Both the position numbers and the translations under genes were made by a program. Source: an uncultured Candidatus Saccharibacteria bacterium (GTDB lineage Bacteria; Patescibacteriota; Doudnabacteria; UBA920). Taken from it: 64,000 nucleotides of DNA. Every line of letters begins with the position of its first letter. Position 1 is the first letter of the stretch. The notes beneath the pieces were generated by a model, which worked only from the letters and a program-made list of their open reading frames with translations, searched no databases and had not been told where the DNA came from. The stretch spans positions 70,358-134,357 of the forward strand of contig CAZACP010000001.1 in the NCBI GenBank assembly GCA_964483665.1, read 5' to 3'. Positions 18,356 through 25,861 of this stretch are shown here, in pieces.

Positions 18356-18493
18356 GCCGTTGTCCGGGATTGAACCGGAGACCTTCTCCTTACCATGCCC
18401 CGACGCCTGCGGGTCGGGGTAAAGAGATGCTCTACCAGCCCCGACGCCTGCGGTTCGGGGCTCCGACTCCCTAAAGGGGCGTCGGAGCTGAGC
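18356..18493 (-). pseudogene. Degenerate duplicate of tRNA-Thr(GGT), interrupted by two copies of a GC-rich 22-nt hairpin element and lacking the 5' acceptor end
   Basis: 18356-18397 and 18424-18438 plus 18488-18493 are identical to segments of the intact tRNA at 18521-18596. They are split by CCCCGACGCCTGCGGGTCGGGG (18398-18419) and CCCCGACGCCTGCGGTTCGGGG (18439-18460), and by a third palindrome CTCCGAC...GTCGGAG (18461-18487). Confidence 0.7.
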
Positions 18494-18500
18494 TTTAAGT

Positions 18501-18620
18501 AATTAAAATAAACATTTTCCTGGAGCCGTTGTCCGGGATTGAACCGGAGACCTTCTCCTTACCATGGAGATGCTCTACCAGCTGAGCTACAACGGCGTGG
18601 GGAAAATGTTTATTTTAATT
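18501..18620. repeat. Perfect 20-bp inverted repeat (AATTAAAATAAACATTTTCC / GGAAAATGTTTATTTTAATT) bracketing the tRNA-Thr(GGT) gene
   Basis: Arms at 18501-18520 and 18601-18620 are exact reverse complements. Confidence 0.9.
18521..18596 (-). tRNA. tRNA-Thr (anticodon GGT)
   Basis: Reverse complement GCCGTTGTAGCTCAGCTGGTAGAGCATCTCCATGGTAAGGAGAAGGTCTCCGGTTCAATCCCGGACAACGGCTCCA. Cloverleaf with anticodon loop ATGGTAA. Confidence 0.85.
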
Positions 18621-18888
18621 GAATCTTTATAAAGCCATCACAAATTATTTTTTCTATGTAGTCTTTTCTTTTTAACCTTTTTAATTTGAGTTCTATTTTT
18701 CTGGCGATTGCTAGTGTTGGAAATTCCTGTGAAAATACAAGTTTAAAATTTTTAAATCTTTGAGTTGACCATGTATGACCATGTTTATGCTGATCGTACC
18801 GACGAACTATATTATTTGTGCTACCAATATAGAATTTGCCATTTTCAGATTGTAAAATGTAAACAAATCCCGTATAAGTAAATTTTAT
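18610..18888 (-). CDS. GIY-YIG nuclease-domain protein (small stand-alone UPF0213/YhbQ-like), no canonical start codon
   Basis: Translation IKFTYTGFVYILQSENGKFYIGSTNNIVRRYDQHKHGHTW... shows the GIY-YIG motifs. The frame opens directly after, and in the same frame as, the TAA stop of the upstream TPR gene. The first codon is ATA and there is no ATG/GTG/TTG. Confidence 0.55.
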   Translation of the reverse strand: MKFTYTGFVYILQSENGKFYIGSTNNIVRRYDQHKHGHTWSTQRFKNFKLVFSQEFPTLAIARKIELKLKRLKRKDYIEKIICDGFIKIQLK

Positions 18889-19644
18889 TTATGTGATTTG
18901 TTTTTTGGCTTTTTCTAAGGCAGTTTTGTACTTTTCATTTTCCGGCTGCATTTCCGAAGCTTTTGAGAAACTGTCTAAGGCATCATTCCACTTTTCCTGG
19001 CATTCTTGGCTAAGGCCCAAGTTATAATAGCGATTTGGATGCATTTTGTCGAGCTCAAGCGATTTTTTAAAATGATTTTCAGCCAGTTCGTATTCTTTTA
19101 AATGAAACGAGCATTGAGCCAGCTTGGCATGAAAATTAGGGTTTCCTACCTCGTGACCGACTAAATATAGGTAAATATCTTTCGCGTCCTGGTACTTGTG
19201 GTTAGCTATATAATATTTGCCAAGTTCATCATAATTTTTTCGTTCTTTGGGCTCTTTTCGTATTAACTCTAACAGTTCTTCTTCTTTGCCGTTTTGCATT
19301 AAGACAGCCGGAGTGTCGGTTTTTTGTAGGGTGATGGGTTCTTGTTTAACTTTTGTTCTAAACAAGAACAGCTTTTTTAATTGGTAAGCTTCGGGTTTAG
19401 GTCTTAAATCTTTGGCATCTAGAGCAAGTCGCCAGAGTTTATGAAGCCAAAATTTAAGTTTGGACCAAATTTTGCTGTAATTTAAGGCGGGAATTCCCTT
19501 TTCTTCTAGTTTTGTTTGGGGGGTTTCTTTTTTTAAGGCCTCGTCGTTTATATTTTGCGCTTCAGGCAAACGCCGAAGGATTAAAATAATAACCCCCAAA
19601 ATGCAAACAAAAAAAATTAAATTTGGAAGAAGTTGATAAGACAA
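18889..19644 (-). CDS. TPR-repeat protein with N-terminal membrane anchor
   Basis: 251 aa; N-terminal hydrophobic helix followed by tetratricopeptide-like repeats (YYNLGLS..., AKLAQCSFHLKEYELAENHFKKSLELD). Confidence 0.6.
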   Translation of the reverse strand: MSYQLLPNLIFFVCILGVIILILRRLPEAQNINDEALKKETPQTKLEEKGIPALNYSKIWSKLKFWLHKLWRLALDAKDLRPKPEAYQLKKLFLFRTKVKQEPITLQKTDTPAVLMQNGKEEELLELIRKEPKERKNYDELGKYYIANHKYQDAKDIYLYLVGHEVGNPNFHAKLAQCSFHLKEYELAENHFKKSLELDKMHPNRYYNLGLSQECQEKWNDALDSFSKASEMQPENEKYKTALEKAKKQIT

Positions 19645-19653
19645 AATAATTGG

Positions 19654-19693
19654 AATGACAAAAATGACAAAAACGACGTAAATGACAAAATTT
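19654..19693. repeat. Tandem AATGACAAAA repeats (3 copies), member of a dispersed intergenic repeat family
   Basis: ggAATGACAAAAATGACAAAAacgacgtaAATGACAAAAtttaaaa. A near-identical block occurs at 43979-44003 and an inverted block at 28760-28790. Confidence 0.8.
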
Positions 19694-19730
19694 AAAATGC
19701 AAAATTCGATCTTATATTTTTGTCAATATT

Positions 19731-20315
19731 TTAGTTTCCTAACACAAACCTGGCGAAACGTTTTATTACTACTTTTTCACCCATTTTGGCCACAGCGTCG
19801 GTTACAAACTGCTTAATTTTAATGTCCGGGTTTTTTACGTATGGCTGTTCCATCAAACAGGCTTCTTCGTAGTATTTTTGAATTTTCCCTTCCAGCATTT
19901 TATTTACAATTTCTTCCGGTTTACCGCTGTCTTTTATTTGCTCTTTGTAAATTTCTTTTTCCTTTTCCACTACTTCGCTCGGAACATCTTCAATATTCAC
20001 ATAAAGCGGATTTGCTGCTGCAATGTGCAGAGCCAATTCTTTTGCTAAGGCTTTAAAGTCCTCGGTTCTGGCTACAAAGTCTGTTTCGCAATTTATTTCT
20101 ACCAATACGCCAATACGGCCGCCGCCATGAATGTAGGCTTCCACAATGCCTTCTTTGGCAACCCGGTCGGATTTTTTACCAAGTTTAAGTGTGCCTTTTT
20201 TGCGTAAAATTTCTATAGCTTTTTCTTTGTCGTCCTTGGCTTCAATTAAGGCTTCTTTAATGTCGCCCATTCCGGCGCCTGTCAGTTCTCGGAGTTCTTT
20301 AATAAGATTAGTCAT
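19731..20315 (-). CDS. tsf: Elongation factor Ts
   Basis: 194 aa; N-terminal UBA-like LRELTGAGMGDIKEAL and the EF-Ts core. Confidence 0.9.
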   Translation of the reverse strand: MTNLIKELRELTGAGMGDIKEALIEAKDDKEKAIEILRKKGTLKLGKKSDRVAKEGIVEAYIHGGGRIGVLVEINCETDFVARTEDFKALAKELALHIAAANPLYVNIEDVPSEVVEKEKEIYKEQIKDSGKPEEIVNKMLEGKIQKYYEEACLMEQPYVKNPDIKIKQFVTDAVAKMGEKVVIKRFARFVLGN

Positions 20316-20320
20316 AAAAT

Positions 20321-20484
20321 TATTCTAATTATTTTAATTATACTAATTAGTCTAAAAAAATCCTAATGACCAAATGTCTAATGTCTAAGCGAAAGATGAT
20401 GATTATCCACATCAGTAACTTAGCTATTACTCATTAGACATTATTTAGGTCAATTAGAATAACTAGGTTAATTAGAAATTTAAC
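20321..20484 (+). repeat. About 150-nt AT-rich intergenic element (CTAATTA repeats ... CCTAATGACCAAATGTCTAATGTC ... TATTTAGGTCAATTAGAA ... AGGTTAATT) with a homologous copy at 43170-43325
   Basis: The 18-mer TATTTAGGTCAATTAGAA and AGGTTAATT are shared exactly, and the 24-mer around AATGAC..TCTAATGTC matches at 20 of 24 positions. Both copies have the same orientation on the plus strand. Confidence 0.8.
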
Positions 20485-21217
20485 TTTTTGTTTCTGCTTT
20501 AACAACCGCAGGGGCTGTGGAAACCGTAATTTGGGTTTGTCTGCCCTCGTTAATGGCCGCGGCCATAAAGTTTACGACTAATTCGGTGGCTTTGGTTGCG
20601 TCGTCGTTGCAAGGTATAACGTAGTCTACGCCGTCCGGGCTGGTATTGGTGTCAACTACGCCAATGGTTTTGACTTTGGATTTGTTTGCTTCTTTTACCG
20701 CAATGCCTTCGTGCTTAACGTCTGTTACGAATATAGCCTCGGGCAAGCGCTTTATGCTTGATATGCCTTCGAACAACTTTTTTAACTTTTCAATTTCGCG
20801 CTCTATCATTAAAGCTTCCTTTTTGGTGTACTTGGTTTGCAAATCGCCGGAAGCCTTCAGGCTTTCTAACTTTTCAAGCTTTCTAAAAGTTTTTTGAATG
20901 GTTTTAAAGTTGGTAAAGGTGCCGCCCAGCCAGCGCACGTTGACAAAAGGCATTCCGCAGGAAACGGCAGCCGCCTTAATTAGCTCCCGGGTTTGTTTTT
21001 TTGTACCTACAAACAAAATTAACCCACCCTTAGAGGCTGTTTCTTTGGCAAATTCCGCTGCCTTTAAAAGGCCTTTGCGGGTTTTTTCCAAATCTAAAAT
21101 ATGTATATCGCCCCTGGAGGCAAAAATATACTGTTTCATTTTGGGGTTCCACCTAGAGGTGTTATGGCCAAAATGCGCGCCGCTTTTAAGCAGCTCTAAA
21201 AGACTTATGTCTTGCAT
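20480..21217 (-). CDS. rpsB: 30S ribosomal protein S2
   Basis: Start taken at MQDISLLELLKSGAHFGH (the upstream in-frame ATG at 21253 is less likely). Conserved S2 core. Confidence 0.9.
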   Translation of the reverse strand: MQDISLLELLKSGAHFGHNTSRWNPKMKQYIFASRGDIHILDLEKTRKGLLKAAEFAKETASKGGLILFVGTKKQTRELIKAAAVSCGMPFVNVRWLGGTFTNFKTIQKTFRKLEKLESLKASGDLQTKYTKKEALMIEREIEKLKKLFEGISSIKRLPEAIFVTDVKHEGIAVKEANKSKVKTIGVVDTNTSPDGVDYVIPCNDDATKATELVVNFMAAAINEGRQTQITVSTAPAVVKAETKS

Positions 21218-21390
21218 ATACTTATCCTTATTCTTCCATCCCTTTGCCCCCACATCTCTAATGGAGGAGGATAAAACGGGATGTGATAGATTAATATTAG
21301 TCCGTATATTATAACAAGGCTTGACGAAATTGGCAAGTCTTGGTAAAATATGTGAGTTAACTTATTACAATCAATTATCAATTAAATCAG

Positions 21391-21651
21391 ATGAAACCTA
21401 CGATTCACCCCCAATATCACATCGGCGCAAAAGTTTCTTGCGCGTGCGGAAATAGTTTTGTTACCGGCTCCACCAAACAGGAACTCCACACGGAAGTTTG
21501 TTCGAATTGCCATCCTTTTTATACCGGCAAGCAAAAGCTCTTAGACACCGCGGGTTCGGTAGACAAGTTTAGAAAACGCGCTGCCGCAGCCGCTCAAATT
21601 AAGGCTACAAAAACTGTTAAGAAACCCAGAAAAACCAGAGCCGCAAAGTAG
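21391..21651 (+). CDS. rpmE: 50S ribosomal protein L31
   Basis: [10 protein letters not shown]...CACGNSF...[13 protein letters not shown] matches L31 zinc-ribbon type; basic C-terminal extension. Confidence 0.85.
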   Translation: MKPTIHPQYHIGAKVSCACGNSFVTGSTKQELHTEVCSNCHPFYTGKQKLLDTAGSVDKFRKRAAAAAQIKATKTVKKPRKTRAAK

Positions 21652-21805
21652 TTATTTAAAATTTGTAACTAAACCGCACGTCTATGTTAGGCCTGCGGTT
21701 TTGTGTTAGAATTAAACCAGAGAAAAGAGAAGAGCGAAAAGAGAATAGAATAAATACAATTTTTTTCCTATCCTTTTCTCTAATCTCTATTCGCTAACAG
21801 CTAAA

Positions 21806-22894
21806 ATGGAACCAGCCTTTCAAAAAATTGTTGACGAGTATAATCAGCTAACCGCGGAAATGTCCAGCGGCAGGGCGGATTTAGATTTGGCTAAATTGGG
21901 CAAAAGACAGGCGTCGTTACAGCCTTTGGTTGAAAAAATAAACCGTTTAGATAAAACAGAGAAAGATTTAAAAAGCGCGGAAGAACTATTAACATCGGCC
22001 GATAAAGATATGGCGCAAATGGCAAGCGAAGAAATTGCCCCTTTGAAGCAAGAAATTTTAAATTTGCAATCTGCGATTGAGGAAGCTTTGCTTCCTAAAG
22101 ACCCCAACGACGAAAAAGACTGCTTGGTTGAAATACGGGCCGGCGCGGGCGGCGACGAAGCCACGCTTTTCGCCGCGGAATACTTTAGAGCTTTAGGTAA
22201 ATTTGCTGAGGAGAATAGTTTTAAACTACACATTGTTTCAACTTCAAAAAGCGAAGCCGGGGGTTTTAAGGAAGTAATATTTGAAATATCTGGCACTTCG
22301 ACCAGCTCAGTATCTAATGGCGGCGCGTTTGGAATTTTTAAATTTGAATCCGGCGTGCACCGCGTTCAGCGCGTTCCCGACACGGAAAAAAGCGGCCGGG
22401 TTCATACCTCCACAATTACAGTTGCGGTTTTGCCGGAGCTTGAGGAAAATGATTATAAAATTGACCCTAAAGATTTAAAAATTGAAGCCACTACCTCTTC
22501 GGGCCACGGCGGGCAGAGCGTAAATACCACTTACTCGGCTATACGCATAGTTCATATTCCGACCGGCATAACCGCCCAGTGCCAGGACGAAAGAAGTCAG
22601 GCGCAGAACCGGGAAAAAGCTTTGGCGGTTATACGCTCGCGCGTGGCCGCGCATTTTGCGGAAATAGAAAATGCCAAAATTAGAAACATGACCAAAAGCC
22701 AAATTGGTACCGGCGACCGAAGTGAAAAAATCCGCACCTATAACTTCCCGCAAGACCGCGTAACTGACCACCGCATAAACCAAAACTTTAACCAAATAAA
22801 CCTTATAATGGAAGGCAAATTCTCCCCCATTATAGCCGCTCTTCAAAAAGCGGATTTGGAATTAAAAAAAGACGCGTTAAAAAATGAACCCTGA
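21806..22894 (+). CDS. prfA: Peptide chain release factor 1
   Basis: GGQ motif SSGHGGQSVNTT; tripeptide region RVQRVPDTEKSGRVHTS (PxT family, so RF1 not RF2); 362 aa; ends on TGA. Confidence 0.9.
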   Translation: MEPAFQKIVDEYNQLTAEMSSGRADLDLAKLGKRQASLQPLVEKINRLDKTEKDLKSAEELLTSADKDMAQMASEEIAPLKQEILNLQSAIEEALLPKDPNDEKDCLVEIRAGAGGDEATLFAAEYFRALGKFAEENSFKLHIVSTSKSEAGGFKEVIFEISGTSTSSVSNGGAFGIFKFESGVHRVQRVPDTEKSGRVHTSTITVAVLPELEENDYKIDPKDLKIEATTSSGHGGQSVNTTYSAIRIVHIPTGITAQCQDERSQAQNREKALAVIRSRVAAHFAEIENAKIRNMTKSQIGTGDRSEKIRTYNFPQDRVTDHRINQNFNQINLIMEGKFSPIIAALQKADLELKKDALKNEP

Positions 22895-23279
22895 TAATTT
22901 ATTCGAAAAATATTCTAGTAGAGATACTTCGGAAACGGATGAATATAACAGTGAATATTTAACAGCTCTATTAATATTAGAGGATTTTGGCATATTTAAC
23001 ACCGATCTTAGTCCAGCGGATGCAGCCTTGCTAAGATTTTTTATAAAACGATGCTTCGAACAATTCGAAAGAGATAAACAAGATAAAAAGAAGTATGCTT
23101 ATTCCTTCGGGAGTTTTAGTGGCGAAGCTGTTGTTATATGGTTTTCGCACTACGGTATAGATCTAAAAACTATTTTAAAAATATCTGGTAAAATGTCTAA
23201 AGAAGTTAGTCCAGCTTTGAAGAAATATATACTTAATGAATGGAAAAAAGCTAAAGCAAAAATGGAAAATGACAATTAA
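22884..23279 (+). CDS. Hypothetical protein (131 aa) wedged between prfA and prmC with overlapping stop/start codons at both ends
   Basis: ATG at 22884 overlaps the prfA TGA (ATGAACCCTGA); its TAA at 23277-23279 overlaps the prmC start region. No TM and no recognisable domain. Confidence 0.45.
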   Translation: MNPDNLFEKYSSRDTSETDEYNSEYLTALLILEDFGIFNTDLSPADAALLRFFIKRCFEQFERDKQDKKKYAYSFGSFSGEAVVIWFSHYGIDLKTILKISGKMSKEVSPALKKYILNEWKKAKAKMENDN

Positions 23280-24153
23280 AGAAGTTTTAAAAAAATATAA
23301 TAAAGTCGAAATTGAACTCCTTTTGGCACATATATTAAAAAAGCCCAGGGAGTTTTTGTATTTGAATCCAGAGCGCAAGTTAACAAATAAGCAATTTGGC
23401 AATTTAGCAAAATACATAAGGCGCAGAGAGAAGGGCGAGCCTATTGCTTATATTTTAGGCTATAAAGATTTTATGGGTTTGAGGATTAAGGTAAATAAAG
23501 ATGTGCTTATACCAAGGCCGGAGACGGAAGGAATGGTTGAATATGTAGTGCAGGCCCTCGGCCTGCCTGCGGTTAAGACAGCAAAACAGCAGGCCACGGG
23601 CCTGCCCTACAAAAACACGGTTTCTATCCTTGATATTGGCACCGGCAGCGGATGCATAGCAATTGCAATCGCAAAACAATTGCAAAATTTAAAATTTCAA
23701 ATTTCTAATTTAAAATTAACTGCAATAGACATATCATCAGCCGCTTTAAAGGTCGCCAAAGCTAATGCTAAATATCATCAGACTAAAATAAAATTTATTA
23801 AGTCTGACCTGCTAACAAACATTAAAGGAAATTTTGACATAATTGTCGCTAATCTTCCCTACGTTCCGGAAACAGACTATACAAAATTAAAAAATAATTT
23901 AAATTACGAACCAAAAAAGGCTATTTTTGCAAAAAACAAAGGATTGTTTGTTATTGAAAAATTTTTAAAACAGCTACATAAATCTAAAATTTTAAATCAA
24001 AAATCTAAAATTTACTTGGAGTTTGACCCTAGGCAAAAAAAAGAATTAGCAAAATTAATAAAAAAAATCCTGCCAGGGTATAGAGCAGAATTTTTTAAAG
24101 ATTTAAATAATTTTTGGAGGTTTGTTAAAATTAAACATTCCAACATTCTGTAG
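23269..24153 (+). CDS. prmC: Release factor glutamine N5-methyltransferase PrmC/HemK
   Basis: SAM-binding LDIGTGSGCIAIAIA and catalytic IVANLPYVP (NPPY-family motif, here NLPY). An alternative upstream start exists at 23236. Confidence 0.8.
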   Translation: MTIKEVLKKYNKVEIELLLAHILKKPREFLYLNPERKLTNKQFGNLAKYIRRREKGEPIAYILGYKDFMGLRIKVNKDVLIPRPETEGMVEYVVQALGLPAVKTAKQQATGLPYKNTVSILDIGTGSGCIAIAIAKQLQNLKFQISNLKLTAIDISSAALKVAKANAKYHQTKIKFIKSDLLTNIKGNFDIIVANLPYVPETDYTKLKNNLNYEPKKAIFAKNKGLFVIEKFLKQLHKSKILNQKSKIYLEFDPRQKKELAKLIKKILPGYRAEFFKDLNNFWRFVKIKHSNIL

Positions 24154-24173
24154 AATGTTGGAATGTTGTAAGG

Positions 24174-25085
24174 CTATTCTAAAAGCATTTTTTTAAATCC
24201 TACAATTGTGGTATTGCCGTTAACTCTAAGTCTAGGAACTTCAAAAAGCTTGTCTAGGCTTATGGTTTTATGGTCGTTTATTGCCACCCCCATTAAAAAA
24301 CCGGCTTCTTTGGCTAGTTTAATGTAGCGTTCGTTATAGTGCCCAAACGGGTAAATTATAATTTGTGTGTCTATCCCCAAATTGTCCTTTATATCCTGTC
24401 TGGATTGGCTTAGGTTTCTTAAGATGAAGGCATCTTCGTATTTTGGGTCAATCCCGTCAAAATGGTCTTGGGTATGCGAGACAATTTCCATCCCCTGGTT
24501 TTTTGCCTGTTTTATTTCCTGCCAAGTTGCGTAACGGTTGGTGCCGTATTTAATTCCGGAAAACTGGGTAATTATGGCAAAGCTGCCAACAAAACCGTAC
24601 TTTTTTAAGATTGGCGGGGCGTTTAGTATGGCGTCCTGGTAGCCGTCGTCTAAAGTAATTATGACCGGATTTTTCGGCATTTCAAACTCGCCGTTAGTGT
24701 AGTCAAGTAAATTTTTTAAAGTTATACTGCTATACCCGGCGGCTTTAAGCCAAGCCATTTGCTCGTCAAAACTTTTTTCGCTTACCGTTAAACCTTTTCT
24801 TAACTGGTCGTTTTCCGCGCCTTTAGGCACATCGCCAATATGATGGTACATTAAAATCGGCAATTTTATGTATTTGCCGTGGAGATTTTTAGCTTTAAGT
24901 TGAGCCTGGCGCGCGTTGGTTTGACCTGAAAGTTCACTGGGAAGATTTTGTTTCTGCATCTGCTCCCAATTTTCGCCGTATTTATTTGCCAGCATTGAGC
25001 GGTAAATAACCGAAAGCGTTACCAGCAAAATAAACAAGACGGTTAGGGTTAACCAGCTGTTGGGAATGGTTTTGTTTTGATTCAT
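24174..25085 (-). CDS. Polysaccharide deacetylase (NodB-homology, CE4) with N-terminal membrane anchor
   Basis: The motifs ITLDDGYQD, HTQDH and LPILMYHHIG are typical of the PgdA/CDA1 family. Confidence 0.75.
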   Translation of the reverse strand: MNQNKTIPNSWLTLTVLFILLVTLSVIYRSMLANKYGENWEQMQKQNLPSELSGQTNARQAQLKAKNLHGKYIKLPILMYHHIGDVPKGAENDQLRKGLTVSEKSFDEQMAWLKAAGYSSITLKNLLDYTNGEFEMPKNPVIITLDDGYQDAILNAPPILKKYGFVGSFAIITQFSGIKYGTNRYATWQEIKQAKNQGMEIVSHTQDHFDGIDPKYEDAFILRNLSQSRQDIKDNLGIDTQIIIYPFGHYNERYIKLAKEAGFLMGVAINDHKTISLDKLFEVPRLRVNGNTTIVGFKKMLLE

Positions 25086-25149
25086 TTCATATATTATAGC
25101 AAATTAAATCCCCGCCCCAACAGATTGGGGCGGGGATAAATACTTTAAA

Positions 25150-25830
25150 CTATTTTTCTTCGGCTTTTGCTTCTTCTTTTTCAGCAGCGGCTTTTTGTTT
25201 TTCGGCATCGGTTGCCGCAACTACCGCTTCTACCGCGGCTTTTTCGTCAGTTACAGCCGGGGCTAATTCTTTTTCAACATCTCTCGGAGGCTGTACTTTG
25301 GCTACTACTTCTTCTTCGCTTGAAAGCACCTTAACTTTGTCGCTAAACTTTAAGTCTTTTACATAAATGGCATCAGCGAAAGTTTTTAGGCTGGAAATAT
25401 CAACAACTACGTTATGAGGCAGGTCAGCAGGCAAACACTCAACCTGAATTTCCGAGATTTGTTTAAACAAAACTCCGCCTAAGGTTTTTACTGCCGGTGA
25501 TTCGCCCACGAATTCTATAACAACATTAGCCTTTAGTTTTTCGGTCATGCTGACTTGGTAAAAATCGGCGTGCATGGGCCTGTAAGACAAATTGTCCAGC
25601 TGTACGTCTTGAATTAAAACCGGGTGGGTTTTGCCGTCGACTACTAAGTCAACAATAGTGCTTTCCCCCGCCAGCTTTAGGGCCTTTTCAAATTCTACCG
25701 CGTTAACGGAAAGGTTTTGATTTTTTACGTTATGGCCGTACAAAACAGCCGGTATAGTTCCCTGTTTTCTTAAAACTTGATTCTGCTCTTTCAAGTCGCG
25801 AGACTTGGCGTTTAACTGAATTTTTTGCAT
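25150..25830 (-). CDS. rplY: 50S ribosomal protein L25 / general stress protein Ctc
   Basis: 226 aa; N-terminal L25 beta-barrel domain (RKQGTIPAVLYG) plus an Ala/Glu/Lys-rich C-terminal tail typical of Ctc-type L25. Confidence 0.85.
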   Translation of the reverse strand: MQKIQLNAKSRDLKEQNQVLRKQGTIPAVLYGHNVKNQNLSVNAVEFEKALKLAGESTIVDLVVDGKTHPVLIQDVQLDNLSYRPMHADFYQVSMTEKLKANVVIEFVGESPAVKTLGGVLFKQISEIQVECLPADLPHNVVVDISSLKTFADAIYVKDLKFSDKVKVLSSEEEVVAKVQPPRDVEKELAPAVTDEKAAVEAVVAATDAEKQKAAAEKEEAKAEEK

Positions 25831-25861
25831 TCTGGTCCTTTAAATGATTTTGCCCATAAAA

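Noticed and set aside
18398-18460. Possible mini CRISPR array: two 22-nt direct repeats separated by 19 nt
   Set aside because: There are only two repeats and the spacer, at 19 nt, is too short. The 19-nt spacer is actually a tRNA-Thr fragment and no cas genes are nearby. It is better explained as hairpin mini-elements in a tRNA pseudogene.
18356-18493. Intron-containing tRNA-Thr
   Set aside because: Insertions are at positions 30/31 and in the D-arm, not the canonical 37/38 site. The 5' acceptor strand is missing, so a functional spliced tRNA is implausible.
21806-22894. Alternative genetic code (UGA reassigned), as in some small-genome candidate phyla
   Set aside because: prfA itself and other genes terminate cleanly on TGA, TAA and TAG. 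Conserved proteins reach their expected lengths under code 11.
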